Positions 62,958 to 64,000 of a stretch of DNA of 64,000 bases are shown one piece after another. The notes beneath the pieces were generated by a model. It was not told where the DNA came from, searched no databases, and saw nothing but the letters and a program-made list of their open reading frames with translations. How positions within the stretch are numbered: the first letter of the stretch is position 1; each line of letters begins with the position of its first letter. The DNA is from Squalus acanthias (lineage: Eukaryota), in the NCBI GenBank assembly GCA_030390025.1, contig CM059438.1, positions 66,094,001 to 66,158,000 on the forward strand, written 5' to 3'. Made by a program: the position numbers and the translations under genes.

Positions 62958-63554
62958 ATTATCTTAATTCACCAGCAGTGAAAGGGTCTCCTGCTCAGAT
63001 AAATGCTTTCTATCCCGAGATGGAGATGATTTCCCTTTAAGGAAAAGGTGCAAGAATAATTCAGTGAAAAGACATGCGGTGTTTATAGACCAGTTGTAAA
63101 TAGCTTGTTTTCAAAGCAGTGCCTCAGTGCTGCTGCCAATAATTGTTTTGAAAACAGACTGCACACATCAGCATTGGAGTAAATATAGTTAACAGCTACA
63201 TCTGATAAATAAGTACATTTGCCACAGGGAAAATGCTTTGAAAATCAGACTGTAATTGTCTTGCAGTTAGTGGTTTCTTCTCAGAACGATTTAATATAAG
63301 TTTTGGCACCCTATTTGTTTGATAAGTAACTTTGGCCCGTATTACCTGTCTCCTCCCTTTTGAAATAATTTGTTTCTTGTCTTCTTGATTCATCACCCCT
63401 TCCCCTTGCCACAAAAACAACATTCATTAACCAAGAGGCAGGTGGGTAATCTGGTCACATGCCTTTGCCAAGGCCCGACCTCTCCAGAAAATGTTGAATC
63501 CTTGTTTGGATATGATTCTGCTGGGCATCCTCAGTATCTTAGGCCATTATTCAG

Positions 63555-63895
63555 CTGTGAGCTTTGGCAGTGAGAACAACCCTCGGAGAACTCTGCCTTC
63601 CTCCAACTCTGGCCTCTTGTCCATCATCCCCACTTCCTTCACACCAACATTGGCGGCCATGCATTCAGCTGTCTAGGCCCTAAGCTCTGGAATTCTATCC
63701 CTAAACCTCTCCGCCTCTCTCTCTCTGCTCCTTTAAGACCCTCCTTTTAAAACCTAACTCTTTGACCAAGCTTTTGGTCACCTGTCCTAACATTGGCTTG
63801 GTGTCAATCTTTGTCTGATTACGCTCCAGTGAAACGCCTTAGGACCTTTTGCTACATTAAAGGCGCTATATAAATGCAAGTTGTTGTTGCTGTTG
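63555..63895 (+). mobile_element. L2 LINE 3' end
   Basis: ggccctaagctctggaattc...ctctttgaccaagcttttgg...aaaggcgctatataaatgcaagttgttgttg. Confidence 0.85.
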
Positions 63896-64000
63896 AGTAT
63901 CAGTGGGCTATGCAGCTACTGAGACATGGCAGTCAAGCCTAATCCTGCCCCCACACAACAACCAATCATGTGCTTCCAGCAAGTATTATTGGACAATGAT

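Noticed and set aside
51447..64000. Next BRINP1 exon (GLQIIFPQY-like)
   Set aside because: Not found by eye; presumably beyond the window end.

Overview
This window is eukaryotic vertebrate genomic DNA, almost certainly a shark (cartilaginous fish), judged from HE1/V-SINE and SacSINE1-like SINEs and abundant CR1, L2 and Penelope retroelements. It lies inside the BRINP1 (DBC1/FAM5A, MACPF-domain neural protein) gene on the + strand. Three internal coding exons (10767-10957, 20138-20307, 51341-51446) splice in frame with canonical AG/GT sites. The rest is intron filled with nested transposable elements. Nearly all ORFs in the supplied track are spurious or decayed LINE fragments, and there is no prokaryotic system, CRISPR array, rRNA or true tRNA. 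The most interesting non-genic signals are: an intact minimal hammerhead ribozyme in a short Penelope-type repeat, plus a mutated second copy; a ~215-nt near-perfect intronic hairpin; a MITE pair whose terminal hairpins co-vary; a 118-nt 99%-identical block on both sides of the second exon; a 67-bp satellite with dimeric higher-order structure; a fold-back Penelope insertion with a 13-bp TSD; and relics of Harbinger Myb/SANT and DIRS-like coding sequence. Family names come from recognition by eye, not database searches, and repeat boundaries are approximate unless a TSD or TIR is quoted.
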